DNA of 64,000 bases from Mycoplasma sp. CAG:956. GTDB lineage: Bacteria; Bacillota_I; Bacilli_A; RF39; UBA660. The DNA lies in the NCBI GenBank assembly GCA_000433475.1, contig HF993109.1, positions 133,712 to 197,711 of the forward strand. The letters are read 5' to 3'. This document shows, piece by piece, positions 29,385 through 39,800 of this stretch (position 1 is the stretch's first letter; the number at the start of each line of letters is the position of its first letter). The notes below the pieces were generated by a model. The model did not search any database. It worked only from the letters and a program-made list of their open reading frames with translations, and was not told where the DNA came from. A program made the position numbers and the translations under genes.

Positions 29385-30521
29385 ATGAAGAAGAAAAAAA
29401 ATAGCATGGGAATATTTATCCTTATAATCTTAGTAATACTTATCTTAATTGGACTTGTTATATTCTTCTTAACTAGAAAACCTAAAGTAACTTATGAATA
29501 TTATATTAATAATAATAAAAGTAATATTGCTGGTAATAATATTTCTAATTATGAATGTAATAATGGTACAACCCTAAATATTGATGAAGATAATAATACT
29601 TATAGTATTTCATCTATTACTAAGAATTCTTTATGTAAAATATATTATGAAGATACAGCTGGTGAACAAATTATCAATTTAGCAAGTGGACTAGATACCT
29701 TAGAAGAAAAAAATAAAACTTATATTGATGATGCTAGTACCCTTCGTTATTACGGAGAAAATCCTCTTAATTATGTTTATTTTAATTGCAATAGTGATAC
29801 TGATACTAATACCTGTGAAATATGGCGTATTGTTAGTATAAATAAAGTATCTGATGTAACTAAGAAAAATAAATATAACTTAAAAATAGTAAAAGATACT
29901 CCTCTAAAAGCTATAGATACTACAACTAAAAATGAAATAACCGACTTTGAATGGAATAATAATCGTGACTTTAATATTATAGAATCTAGTATTTATAAAT
30001 TATTAAATGAAGCTTATTATAATGCTTCTAGTAATTATACCTATACTAATAAAGATAACAAGACCATTACTTTAGATTTCTCTAATAGTGGTTTAAAAAA
30101 TGATAATGTTAGAAAGATGGTTTTATCTAATACTTGGCGTATTAATGCTAATACAGATAATAATCAAACTATTACTAATTGGTATAGTGATACCACATCT
30201 GGAAATATGGCTAATTTTAAAATTGGCTTAATAAGTATTAGTGATTATGTTCTAGCTCTAAAAGATAACTGTAAAGATATAAAGATTAATGAATTTGCTA
30301 CTTGCAAGTCTAAATCTTATCTTACTAAAGAAAATGGTTTCTTTGTTTTAGATAGTTATCAAGAAAAAGAGGGATTTGTTTATCGAATTGCTGGCAATAA
30401 TGCTATAAATGCTATCTATCCAACGGCTACTTATAATATTTATCCATCTTTATATTTAAATGAAGATGTTAAGATTGTAAGTGGTGATGGCAGTATATCT
30501 AATCCTTATCATTTAGGATAA
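29385..30521 (+). CDS. N-terminally membrane-anchored hypothetical protein (378 aa), translationally linked to the pilin-like gene
   Basis: GGAG RBS; start 4 nt after upstream stop; TM IFILIILVILILIGLVIFFL then Asn/Thr-rich extracellular domain with Cys pairs. Confidence 0.6.
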   Translation: MKKKKNSMGIFILIILVILILIGLVIFFLTRKPKVTYEYYINNNKSNIAGNNISNYECNNGTTLNIDEDNNTYSISSITKNSLCKIYYEDTAGEQIINLASGLDTLEEKNKTYIDDASTLRYYGENPLNYVYFNCNSDTDTNTCEIWRIVSINKVSDVTKKNKYNLKIVKDTPLKAIDTTTKNEITDFEWNNNRDFNIIESSIYKLLNEAYYNASSNYTYTNKDNKTITLDFSNSGLKNDNVRKMVLSNTWRINANTDNNQTITNWYSDTTSGNMANFKIGLISISDYVLALKDNCKDIKINEFATCKSKSYLTKENGFFVLDSYQEKEGFVYRIAGNNAINAIYPTATYNIYPSLYLNEDVKIVSGDGSISNPYHLG

Positions 30522-30615
30522 TTATTAAAACCTTTTAAAAGTAATAAAATGTCTTATTAATTTAAGGCATTTTTTAATTTGAAATGTTTAAAATATAGAA
30601 GTTTAAATATGTATC

Positions 30616-30645
30616 TTGACAGTAAGCAAACACAAGTGTTAAAGT
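30616..30645 (+). promoter_or_regulatory. Sigma-A-type promoter candidate (TTGACA - 18 nt - extended -10 TGtTAAAGT)
   Basis: Perfect -35 hexamer at 30616-30621; extended -10 at 30637-30645; 35 nt upstream of RBS of 30681. Confidence 0.4.
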
Positions 30646-30680
30646 AGTCATACTTTAAAATTTAAAAAGGGGGAAACCTT

Positions 30681-32282
30681 ATGGATATAAATGATAGTTT
30701 AAATAAAGGAATACCAATTAGCGAACCTGTAATTCTTGATAAAACAGATATTGCCAATAACGTTCAAAATAAAGAAAAAATGGAAGATATGTTAAACGAA
30801 TCTATAGTAAAATATCATAACTTTATACTAAGCCAGTCCCAAATATTATTTGGCTTAGAATTTAATGGTGCTATTGCTATAGTAACTGATTTTACTACTT
30901 TAAAACGTAAAATAGAATTTTCTGTTCATGCTTTTTATGATAGTTTAAAACGAAATTTAAATATGTCCTTATCAACAGATGACTTTGCAAGTGATGAAGA
31001 ATACAGAGAGTCTTTAATAAAGCAAGCTAATAAAAAAATAGAAGCTTTAAAAAGAATAAAGACCCCAGCTGAACTTCAAAGAAAATTTCCTGTTTTACAT
31101 AGAAGATATTTATCATGTGTTCAAGAGTATTATCTAGTTAAAAAGAATATTATTGAACCTCTTAATAAGTTAGATCCAATTACTAGAACTAAAAAAATGT
31201 TCCAACTTAATATAGATTTAGAACAAAAAAATCCGTTTTATAATCCTAAAAATAATATTGTAGCTATAATAGATTATACTAATTCATTCAGTTTAAAAAC
31301 ATTTATTGCTTCTTGTGTTATTGCCCTTCCTAATATCATAAATAATAGGGATAAAATAGTTAATTATATTCATAATAATCCTATCGATTTTAGCTTTTTA
31401 GATGATGCTGATAAAGATAAGTTAGAATTATATTTTGCTTACTGTAATTTAAAACAAGCCAATAATGCTGATAGTAAATATAAACAAGATTATTTATATT
31501 ATGTATCTAATTACTTTAAAGAACATAAAGATACTACAGATGATATTTCTATAATAGTGGGTGCTAGTGATGGTAAAACAATTCAAAGTGGCATTCTTAC
31601 AACCATTTGCCAAGAAGTAAGTACTGGAATAATTATAACACCCAAAATTCTATATGAATTATACCGAAAAGTTTTAATTGAAAATCCTAACTTAAAAATA
31701 ATTGACTTTTCTAGTTTTGATTTTACGGGTATGAATTTAGATGAAGTATCTGCGTTTACAAATGAATATTTAAAAGACTTAGAAGTTAACTGGGAACTTT
31801 TACCACCAGATGATAAAACATTTGAAGAAGATATTATAAGACACTTAAAAGAATCAAGCAAAAATTTAAAAGATGAAACTAAGGAAGAACATGAAAAAAG
31901 ACTATTAGAATTATTTATGAAAAAAAAGAACTTATATGATTCTACCAATCCACTCTTTAGAATAATGGGTAAAAATACTTTTAATGGCTATATTGGCTAT
32001 GTTTATCCCAATGGACGTGTTGTTTTAGATAGATTTTATGATAAACAAAATGATTCTACTCTTGCTGATGGCAATGCCGTTTATGCTATGAATATCGAAG
32101 AATTTTATGAACTAAGTAAGCTAAGTAAATCCGAACTTATTCGAAGTAAGTTGTGCCGAAGATATATTCATAAAGGCAATTGGACAAGTAAAGTCTTAGC
32201 AAAAGAAATTAAGTTAAATGTTTATGATAAAAAGTCTGTTAACGTAAGAAGTCTGCTTAAAAAAGATTCTGATAAAAAGTAA
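30681..32282 (+). CDS. Hypothetical protein (533 aa), cytoplasmic, no recognised domain
   Basis: RBS AAAGGGGGAAA; long ORF with typical codon usage. Confidence 0.7.
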   Translation: MDINDSLNKGIPISEPVILDKTDIANNVQNKEKMEDMLNESIVKYHNFILSQSQILFGLEFNGAIAIVTDFTTLKRKIEFSVHAFYDSLKRNLNMSLSTDDFASDEEYRESLIKQANKKIEALKRIKTPAELQRKFPVLHRRYLSCVQEYYLVKKNIIEPLNKLDPITRTKKMFQLNIDLEQKNPFYNPKNNIVAIIDYTNSFSLKTFIASCVIALPNIINNRDKIVNYIHNNPIDFSFLDDADKDKLELYFAYCNLKQANNADSKYKQDYLYYVSNYFKEHKDTTDDISIIVGASDGKTIQSGILTTICQEVSTGIIITPKILYELYRKVLIENPNLKIIDFSSFDFTGMNLDEVSAFTNEYLKDLEVNWELLPPDDKTFEEDIIRHLKESSKNLKDETKEEHEKRLLELFMKKKNLYDSTNPLFRIMGKNTFNGYIGYVYPNGRVVLDRFYDKQNDSTLADGNAVYAMNIEEFYELSKLSKSELIRSKLCRRYIHKGNWTSKVLAKEIKLNVYDKKSVNVRSLLKKDSDKK

Positions 32283-32380
32283 GAAAAGTATCATATTTTA
32301 TTAAAATAATATAGATAAGGTAGTATTAAAATTATATTTAATATTATCTTTTTCTATTTGCAAAAAGTAAATAAAAAGAT

Positions 32381-32408
32381 TTGACAAATTCAAAATATGT
32401 GCTATACT
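32381..32408 (+). promoter_or_regulatory. Strong sigma-A-type promoter (TTGACA - 16 nt - TATACT)
   Basis: Consensus -35 at 32381-32386 and near-consensus -10 at 32403-32408; the tool's ATG 32397 lies inside this promoter. Confidence 0.6.
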
Positions 32409-32466
32409 AGACAAACTGTAAAAAAGGGGAGTTTTACAAAATCCCAAAAGAAAGAAGGTTTAAAAA

Positions 32467-33113
32467 TGAATGATTTAATAATGCGTACAGAAAAACAAAT
32501 TGAAAAATTGCGTAAAGCTGTATCAGTAGAAAGCAAATATGGCTTAGGAGTAGATGATAAATATAGTGATTTTGTTGTTTATATCATAGTTTCTCTAAGA
32601 AATTATTTAACAACTCTTCAAAGTTATCAGAAAATGGGTATATCTGGTGGCATTTATAGTTGCAATACCGAATTTTTTGCTAAAATGAATGAGTATATTG
32701 AATCTTGTGAATTTTATCCATTAACAAAAACTAGTGAATTTAAGGGTATCTTTGAAGGATTTAGAAGACCAAATACTCCTGATATGGTTGTTTCTTTTAT
32801 TGAAACTAATTTTGATAAAATTTTGAAATTTAGTGCTTTATCTAATGAGGTTTTAAGAAGTAATGAAATATTTGCTGATGAAAAATTATACCATTATCGT
32901 CGTAATGGCAAAGTAAAAGCTAAGTTATCAGATCTTGATACTTCTTCCTTATCTTCGCTTAATGTAGTTGCAGCTTATAGAGATGGCGGCTTCGATAAAC
33001 TATGTCCAAAAGATTTAGAAGAGAAAAAAAGATGTGATATAGCAAGACAAAATAAACTTATTAAGTCTCAAAAAAAATTAAGTTTAGGTAGATTTTTCCA
33101 TGGACTATTTTAG
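32467..33113 (+). CDS. Hypothetical protein (215 aa)
   Basis: Start moved to ATG 32467 (MNDLIMRTEKQ.., RBS AAGAAGG) because the upstream ATG sits inside the promoter. Confidence 0.6.
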
Positions 33114-33933
33114 TGTTTTAAAATTAAATAGCAATGCCACTATTATCGATATAATAGGTATGTATGAAGTATTATTAAAAAATACTAAAAAAGAGATAAA
33201 GGCTGGTAAATCTGATATTTCTAAATTAAATGAACTAAATATGGCATTTATTCTTGCTTGTACTACTAAAAATAAAGATGAATTAGTTAATGTTAAAAAT
33301 AAATATATTCTTAATAATAAAGTAATAATTATTATTAATAAGATTAAACAAACTATTACTACTTTTAAAAGTGCAAGTAATATTGGTTTTGGTATCTATT
33401 TTAATAAACTAATTGAAATCTTAAATGAATATTTAAAAGGTTACTATCGTTTAATAAATCAAATAAGACAAGCTAAAAACTTAGATGAATTTAATAAAAT
33501 AACTAAAGAATTTAAAGAAATTAATTGGAGTAATTATTTTATTACTAACCTTAATGATATAAGTAAAAACATTTTAATGCCAGGCTTACATTATACTAAA
33601 GAACATCAACAGTTCCTTTATGATTTAAAAAGAATAACAAATAATTTAGAACTTATTTCATTCTTAAATAATAATATTAAATATATAGAAAAATTAGAAA
33701 TAATAAATGAAACTTTAGCAAATAATATTTTTTATAATAATTATGATACTTCTAAACTTTCTTACCAAGAGTTAAACATTATTAGCAGTAAAATAAATAA
33801 AATTATTATTGAAGATGTTATTATTCATCATCTAACAATAGATGAATTAGTATGTAAATATAACAGTAGTATGATAGAAAATACCCAAAAAAGATTAGTA
33901 AAAGAACTAGGTTTTCCTAAAAATTATATGTAA
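33100..33933 (+). CDS. Hypothetical protein (277 aa), 14-nt overlap with upstream gene
   Basis: ORF only; Asn/Ile/Lys-rich, no motif. Confidence 0.55.
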   Translation: MDYFSVLKLNSNATIIDIIGMYEVLLKNTKKEIKAGKSDISKLNELNMAFILACTTKNKDELVNVKNKYILNNKVIIIINKIKQTITTFKSASNIGFGIYFNKLIEILNEYLKGYYRLINQIRQAKNLDEFNKITKEFKEINWSNYFITNLNDISKNILMPGLHYTKEHQQFLYDLKRITNNLELISFLNNNIKYIEKLEIINETLANNIFYNNYDTSKLSYQELNIISSKINKIIIEDVIIHHLTIDELVCKYNSSMIENTQKRLVKELGFPKNYM

Positions 33934-34145
33934 TAAATAGACTAGATACTGATGTGAACCCCAATTGGTAGACATCATAAAAAGGACTAATTTTAAAAAA
34001 AATCAAGGGCGAACTTTAGTGAGTTCATCTAGACCCTTGATTTTTATAATGTAATTATAATATTTATTCAAATAAAGTTTGTCTTTATTTGTTATCAATT
34101 AATAAATTAATCATTTATAAAATATTTTCTACACATTCAACAATT

Positions 34146-34940
34146 TTATTTATCATTTTTCTTATAGCCTTTCTTTTTGTTAATTTTCTTTCCTTTAATT
34201 CTAGTTGTATTATAAAATTCTATCCATTCTTCAACTAATTGTATGTATTCTTCTAAAGATGTGATATCATTGTTATACAAAGTTTCCTTTTTTAGGAGAG
34301 AGTGCCAACTCTCAATTGGTGAGTCATCTATTGGAGTACCTTTTCTAGACATAGAAATAGTAATTCCATTAGATTCACAAATAGCTTTGTATTCATAAGA
34401 TGTATACTGGAATCCTTGGTCGGAATGTATTATTAATTCAGATACATCTTTTCTTTTTGCTATCGCTTTATTTAAAGTATCCATAACTAATTTATTATCA
34501 TTATGTTTTGATATTTTATATGCAACTACTTTTCTATCATACAAATCAATTATTGTTGATAAATATGCTCTAGAACCCTTAAATATAAGATATGTTACAT
34601 CTGTATCCCAAACTTTATTAGGTGCATCAGTGTTAAAATTACGATTTAATAAATTAGGTTTAACATTATCTTCAATTCTTTCATTTTTATTTTTCTTTTT
34701 TGATTCCCTTACATATTTAGGAATCAAATTATATTTTTTCATTATTCTTAAAACCTTCTTTCCATTCATTACAACTCCTTCATATTTGACTTTAATGCCT
34801 TCCGCAACGCGACGATATCCATATGTGCCCTTAGATTCATCAAATACTTCTTTAATTATCAAATAATCATAATAATCAGGATCTTCCTTATTTCGATATT
34901 TATAGTAAGTTTTAGAACTTATCTCTAATACGACACACAT
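34146..34940 (-). CDS. IS3-family transposase OrfB (DDE/rve integrase core)
   Basis: D..WDTDVTY, HSDQGFQYTS, ..E.. ..YNTTRIK motifs; frame -1 relative to orfA ((35278-34940) mod 3 = 2); orfB reading frame extends upstream of its first ATG. Confidence 0.85.
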   Translation of the reverse strand: MCVVLEISSKTYYKYRNKEDPDYYDYLIIKEVFDESKGTYGYRRVAEGIKVKYEGVVMNGKKVLRIMKKYNLIPKYVRESKKKNKNERIEDNVKPNLLNRNFNTDAPNKVWDTDVTYLIFKGSRAYLSTIIDLYDRKVVAYKISKHNDNKLVMDTLNKAIAKRKDVSELIIHSDQGFQYTSYEYKAICESNGITISMSRKGTPIDDSPIESWHSLLKKETLYNNDITSLEEYIQLVEEWIEFYNTTRIKGKKINKKKGYKKNDK

Positions 34941-34981
34941 ATTATATAACTTATAATTATCTCTATATAGATTAATAAAAG

Positions 34982-35278
34982 TTACTTTTTCTTTCGTTGT
35001 GCCTTGAGGAAGGCTTGGTATTTTTTTAGTATTTCATATCTTTCTTTATAATCTTCTAAAGATATGCGTCCTTCTTTTTTAGACTTACCACGCGTTTCTT
35101 CTTTTTCAATATATCCACTTTTTCTAAATTTTTCTATCCAATTCCTTAATGAACTTCTAGGAATATTGTATTTACGTGCAAGACTATATGTAGAGCCACC
35201 AACATCATAATACTCATTTACTATTTTCATTTTTTCTTCATACGAATATCTATATGTTTTGTTTACTTTTTCAGCCAT
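34982..35278 (-). CDS. IS3-family transposase OrfA (HTH)
   Basis: Strong RBS AAGGAGGTG; HTH ..YSLARKYNIPRSSLRNWI..; ends AAG AAA AAG TAA, a slippery-like run where the -1 shift into orfB would occur. Confidence 0.85.
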   Translation of the reverse strand: MAEKVNKTYRYSYEEKMKIVNEYYDVGGSTYSLARKYNIPRSSLRNWIEKFRKSGYIEKEETRGKSKKEGRISLEDYKERYEILKKYQAFLKAQRKKK

Positions 35279-35440
35279 TAGAAAAACACCTCCTTTCGGA
35301 GATGTATTCTATCATAAATTAGTCCTTTTTTAATGTCTACCCTAAAGGGTGCATTTCATACCATAGTCTATTTTTCGTTGTCAAAATAAATTATTTAGTT
35401 TATAATTATATTAAGATATAATAAAAAGAGGTTAATTGTT

Positions 35441-36715
35441 ATGAATAATAATACTAATAGTAATACAAATAATACTAATATTAATAATATACCAAGTAAT
35501 ACAGTACCCCAAGTAAATACTAATAATAACAATAATGGCATAGTAAATAGTACTAATACTGCAGTAAATGCCACCATAAATAATCCTGTTAATAATAACG
35601 TAACTAAAGCAAACCATACAAATACTAGCACCACTCAGTCTAATAATTCTACTCCAAGTAATGATTCTAATAGCCAAAATAATATTAAAATTCAAGAAAC
35701 TAGTGTTACTAAATCCCAAAAAGGAACACTTACAGTTGCTACTTTAAATAATGGTACAGTTAATATTGTAAATAATAGCTTTCCTGAACAAATTGATATT
35801 AACGTTAAAGCTAATAAAATAGTTACTAAAAATGGTAAAAGAGTTCGGATAATGACTAAAAGAGAATTAATAACTAATATTATTTTAAGTTTCTTTTTTG
35901 TTCTTGCTTTATGTGGAGTAGGTTATGGAACTTACTATTATATCTTTAGAAATAATCCTCGTAATTTTGAAACTAAAAATGTTACTGTTGAATATGGAGA
36001 AGAAATACCTGTATCTGTTAAGAATTATATTAATTTAACTGATATTAGTGAACCAGATTATAACTTAGATTTATCTGCTGTTAAAAACGAAATAGGTACC
36101 TATACTTATAAAGTAAGCTATGGTAATACAGTTAAAACTGGTACTATAACAATCAATGATACTAAAGCTCCTGTTATAACCTTTAAAACTTTAAATGATA
36201 TTGATAGTGACACTGAAATTACTAAAGATATGTTAGTCGAATCATGCGAAGATCCATCCGATTGTACTTACGATTTAACCAGTCCAGTTGATACAACAAA
36301 TCCTGGCGAAGTAACGGCTAGCATAACTGCTAAAGATAATCTTGGTAATAGCAAAGATTATACTATAAAACTAAATATTATTGAAAAAATAATTAATATA
36401 GTATGTAAGGGTACCGTTGTAACTACCGATGAATCAGGAAAGACTATTTTAGAAAGTAATAATTATAACTTAAAATTCAATACTTCTAAAAATTTAAAAC
36501 CTAGTACTTTAAATACAATTAGAACTTATTTAAGTGAAAGTGATTATCTCTCTGTAAAGGATGGCTTAACAGCAAATGGTTATACTTTAGAAGAAGTAAA
36601 TAAAAGAGCTCAAAAAGATTCAAGTATTGATAATGTTGCTAATTTAACTACGCAAGATGAAATAAAAACTCATTTAGAAAGTAGTGGCTATACTTGTACA
36701 ATTGATGGAAACTAA
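35441..36715 (+). CDS. Bitopic membrane protein with ~150-aa Asn/Thr-rich low-complexity cytoplasmic N-tail and Ig-like extracellular domain
   Basis: RBS AAAGAGG; TM ITNIILSFFFVLALCGVGYGTYYYIF; extracellular GTITINDTKAPVITFK..CEDPSDC.. ; located immediately downstream of IS3. Confidence 0.65.
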   Translation: MNNNTNSNTNNTNINNIPSNTVPQVNTNNNNNGIVNSTNTAVNATINNPVNNNVTKANHTNTSTTQSNNSTPSNDSNSQNNIKIQETSVTKSQKGTLTVATLNNGTVNIVNNSFPEQIDINVKANKIVTKNGKRVRIMTKRELITNIILSFFFVLALCGVGYGTYYYIFRNNPRNFETKNVTVEYGEEIPVSVKNYINLTDISEPDYNLDLSAVKNEIGTYTYKVSYGNTVKTGTITINDTKAPVITFKTLNDIDSDTEITKDMLVESCEDPSDCTYDLTSPVDTTNPGEVTASITAKDNLGNSKDYTIKLNIIEKIINIVCKGTVVTTDESGKTILESNNYNLKFNTSKNLKPSTLNTIRTYLSESDYLSVKDGLTANGYTLEEVNKRAQKDSSIDNVANLTTQDEIKTHLESSGYTCTIDGN

Positions 36716-36836
36716 AAAATAATATTTAAAATTATTTAAAATATAGATGTGTAAATTTTATTGCTTTACACATCTTTTCTATAGAAAAAATATCTTAGAT
36801 GATATATAATTAAAAGGTAGAGAAAAGAGGTAAAAT

Positions 36837-39800
36837 ATGAGAAAAATAGTTGATGGTAATACTGCTTGTAGTAATATTGCTAATCTATTTACAGAAATTG
36901 CATCAATTTATCCTATTACACCATCTAGTCCGATGGCTAGTAATATCGATAATTTAAAATTAAAAAAGAAAAATTTATTCAATGAATCCGTTGAGGTTGT
37001 AGAAATGCAAAGCGAAGCTGGTGCCGCTGGTGCTATGCACGGAGCCTTAATTAGTGGTTCTCTAGCGACTACTTTTACAGCATCGCAAGGACTACTTTTA
37101 ATGATTCCTAATATGTATAAAATTGCCGGTGAAGGCTTACCAGGAGTAATTCACGTTGCGGCTCGTACCGTTGCTACCCATGCCTTATCAATCTTTGGTG
37201 ACCATAGTGATATTTATGCGACTCGTGGTACTGGCTTTGCAATGCTCGCATCAACCAATGTTTTTGATGCCCAAAACTTAGCAGCTGTTGCTCATCTTTC
37301 AACCATTGAAGGTAGTGTTCCTTTCTTACATTTTTTTGATGGTTTTAGAACTAGTCATGAACTAAATAGTATTGAGGAATTACCAGATGAAGAACTTCTA
37401 AAATTAATTGATTTTGATAAAGTAAATGCCTTTAAAAAGCATGCTCTTAATGTTGGCTGTGGCTACCAAAGAGGTATGGCAGAAAACGAAGATATTTACT
37501 TCCAAAGTGTTGAAGCCCGTAATGCTGATTATTTAAAAATACCTGATATCGTAAATAATTATATGGAAAAAATTAATAGTATTATGCATACTGATTATAA
37601 ACCATTCAATTACTATGGCTCAGAGACTGCTAAGTATGTCATTGTTGCCATGGGTAGTGTTTGTGATACCATAAAGCTTACTATTAATGAATTAAATAAA
37701 GAAAATAATATTTATGGTCTAATCGAAGTTCATCTATACCGTCCATTTAGTAAAGATTATCTAACCAAAGTTTTACCAAGTACGGTAGAAAAAATAGCTG
37801 TCTTAGATAGAACAAAAGAATCAGGTAGCATTGGTGAACCATTATATCTAGATGTCGTTGCATCTCTTAATGATAAAAATATCCAAATTGTCGGCGGACG
37901 TTACGGCTTATCTAGCAAAAATACAACTCCAAGTGATATCGCTGGTGTTTATAAAATGCTAGCAACCGAACTTAAAAACAACTTTACAATCGGTATTAAC
38001 GACGATGTAACTAACTTAAGTTTAACAAGAGTGCCAATGGATATTGAGGTTGCCGATAAAGAACTTATTATCTATGGTTATGGTTCTGATGGTATGGTAT
38101 CAACTTCTAAAGATATCATGCATTATCTAGGCGAAGAAAAAGACTTACACGTTCAAGGTTACTTCCAATACGATAGCAAAAAATCTGGTGGTGTAACTGT
38201 CTCTAACCTAAGAATGTCAAGTAAACCAATAAATGCACCTTATTATGTTCTTCATCCATCATTACTAGTTATTACTAAAGATGCTTATTTAAAAGATTTT
38301 GATATGTTTAGTAATTTAAAAGAAAATGGTATTTGCTTAATTAATACTAATAAAAAATCTCATGAATTAGATGAAGTTTTACCTAATAAAGCTAAAGATT
38401 TAATTAAAAATAAAAATATTAAAGTATTATTAATTGATGCTGATAAGATAGCTTTAGAAAATGGTATTAAAGGTAAAATTAGTAAAATTATGGAAATCGT
38501 TATCTTAAAACTAATGGGATTTAATGATGCTGAAGATTATATCAAAGATTCTATTCGTAAAAAGTTCGGTACTAAGGGTGATGATATTGTCAATGCTAAT
38601 ATTAACTCTTTAAGTAGTGCAGTTAAGAGTGTTATCCTTGTTAAAGCTGAATTTAAAAATAAAGAAGAAACAGAGTCCCATGATGATATCTTTACTTTAA
38701 TTAATAAAAGAGAAGGGGATAACCTTAAAGTATCTGATTTAATGGCTTATAAGAATGGTATCTTCCCTAATGGTCTTGCTGCTAATGAAAAACGTAAAAT
38801 AACTAATATGGTACCAAAATGGATACCTGAAAATTGCATTCAATGTGGTATGTGTGCAACCGTTTGTCCTCACGCAGTAATTCGCCCAATTATAACCGAA
38901 GCTAAAGATGAAGAAAGAGGTATTAAAGTACTAGGACATACTGATTATAATTATGAGATTGTCGTTAGTGAAGCTGACTGTACTTCTTGTGGTTTATGTA
39001 TCAATGCTTGTCTTGGTAAATCCGGTAAGAAAGCTCTAGAATTTGGTGAAGCAACATATGAAACTCAAGATTATGCTGATAAAATGTTTAAAGAACATAA
39101 AAATCCGGAAATTTTTGATAGATTTACTTTAAAAGGTGCATCTCTAAGAAAACCATGCTTTGAATTTAGTGGTGCTTGTGCTGGTTGTGGTGAAACTCCA
39201 TACTTAAAGATGCTAAGTCAATTATTTGGTGAAAAATTAGTTATTGCTAATGCAACAGGTTGTTCATCAATCTACGGTGGTTCTGCTCCATCAACCCCAT
39301 ACTTAATTCCTTGGGCTAACTCATTATTTGAAGATAATGCTGAATTCGGTTATGGTATGTATTTAACTTATAAAAATACCCAAAAACGTATTCGTGATAT
39401 TATTGCTAAGTCTATAGATTGCGTAAGCGAAGACGTAAAAGAGTTACTAAATAAATGGTTAGAAAATGAAACTAATTATGATATAACTAAAGAAATCGTT
39501 GATAAATTACAAACTATGGAAATTCCAAAAGACATAAAAGATATTATAGAATACATGGTTGCTCGTAGTGTCTTTATCGTCGGTGGTGATGGTTGGGCTT
39601 ATGATATTGGCTTTGGTGGTATCGACCATGTCTTATCTAGTGGTGAAAATGTTAATGTCTTAGTACTTGATACTGAGGTCTACTCAAATACTGGTGGTCA
39701 AGCATCTAAATCAAGCCGTGTTGGAGCCGTAGCTGAATTTGCTAACATGGGTAAAAAAACAGCTAAGAAAGACTTATTTAAAATAGCTATGTCATATCCA

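Larger units (their letters stand above)
33967..35342 (-). mobile_element. IS3-family insertion sequence (~1.38 kb) with imperfect ~26-bp terminal inverted repeats
   Basis: GGTAGACATCATAAAAAGGACTAATTT at 33967-33993 vs reverse complement of AAATTAGTCCTTTTTTAATGTCTACC at 35317-35342; encloses orfA/orfB. Confidence 0.8.

Noticed and set aside
29032-29388. Plus-strand 118-aa ORF in an alternative frame within the pilin-like gene
   Set aside because: It is wholly contained in the longer ORF in another frame and has no RBS.
32397-32466. Annotated ATG start at 32397 for the 238-aa ORF
   Set aside because: This ATG lies inside the TTGACA-16-TATACT promoter. The start was reassigned to ATG 32467, which has an RBS.
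34001-34050. Hairpin aatcaaggg...cccttgatt inside the IS3 element
   Set aside because: It is an imperfect stem with a 24-nt loop lying inside the IS between the IR and the orfB end. It is probably IS-internal structure, so it was not called as a separate terminator.
35395-35719. Two minus-strand ORFs opposite the Asn-rich N-terminus
   Set aside because: They are the antisense of AAT/ACT repeats, which read as Ile/Leu-rich pseudo-membrane proteins. This is an artefact.
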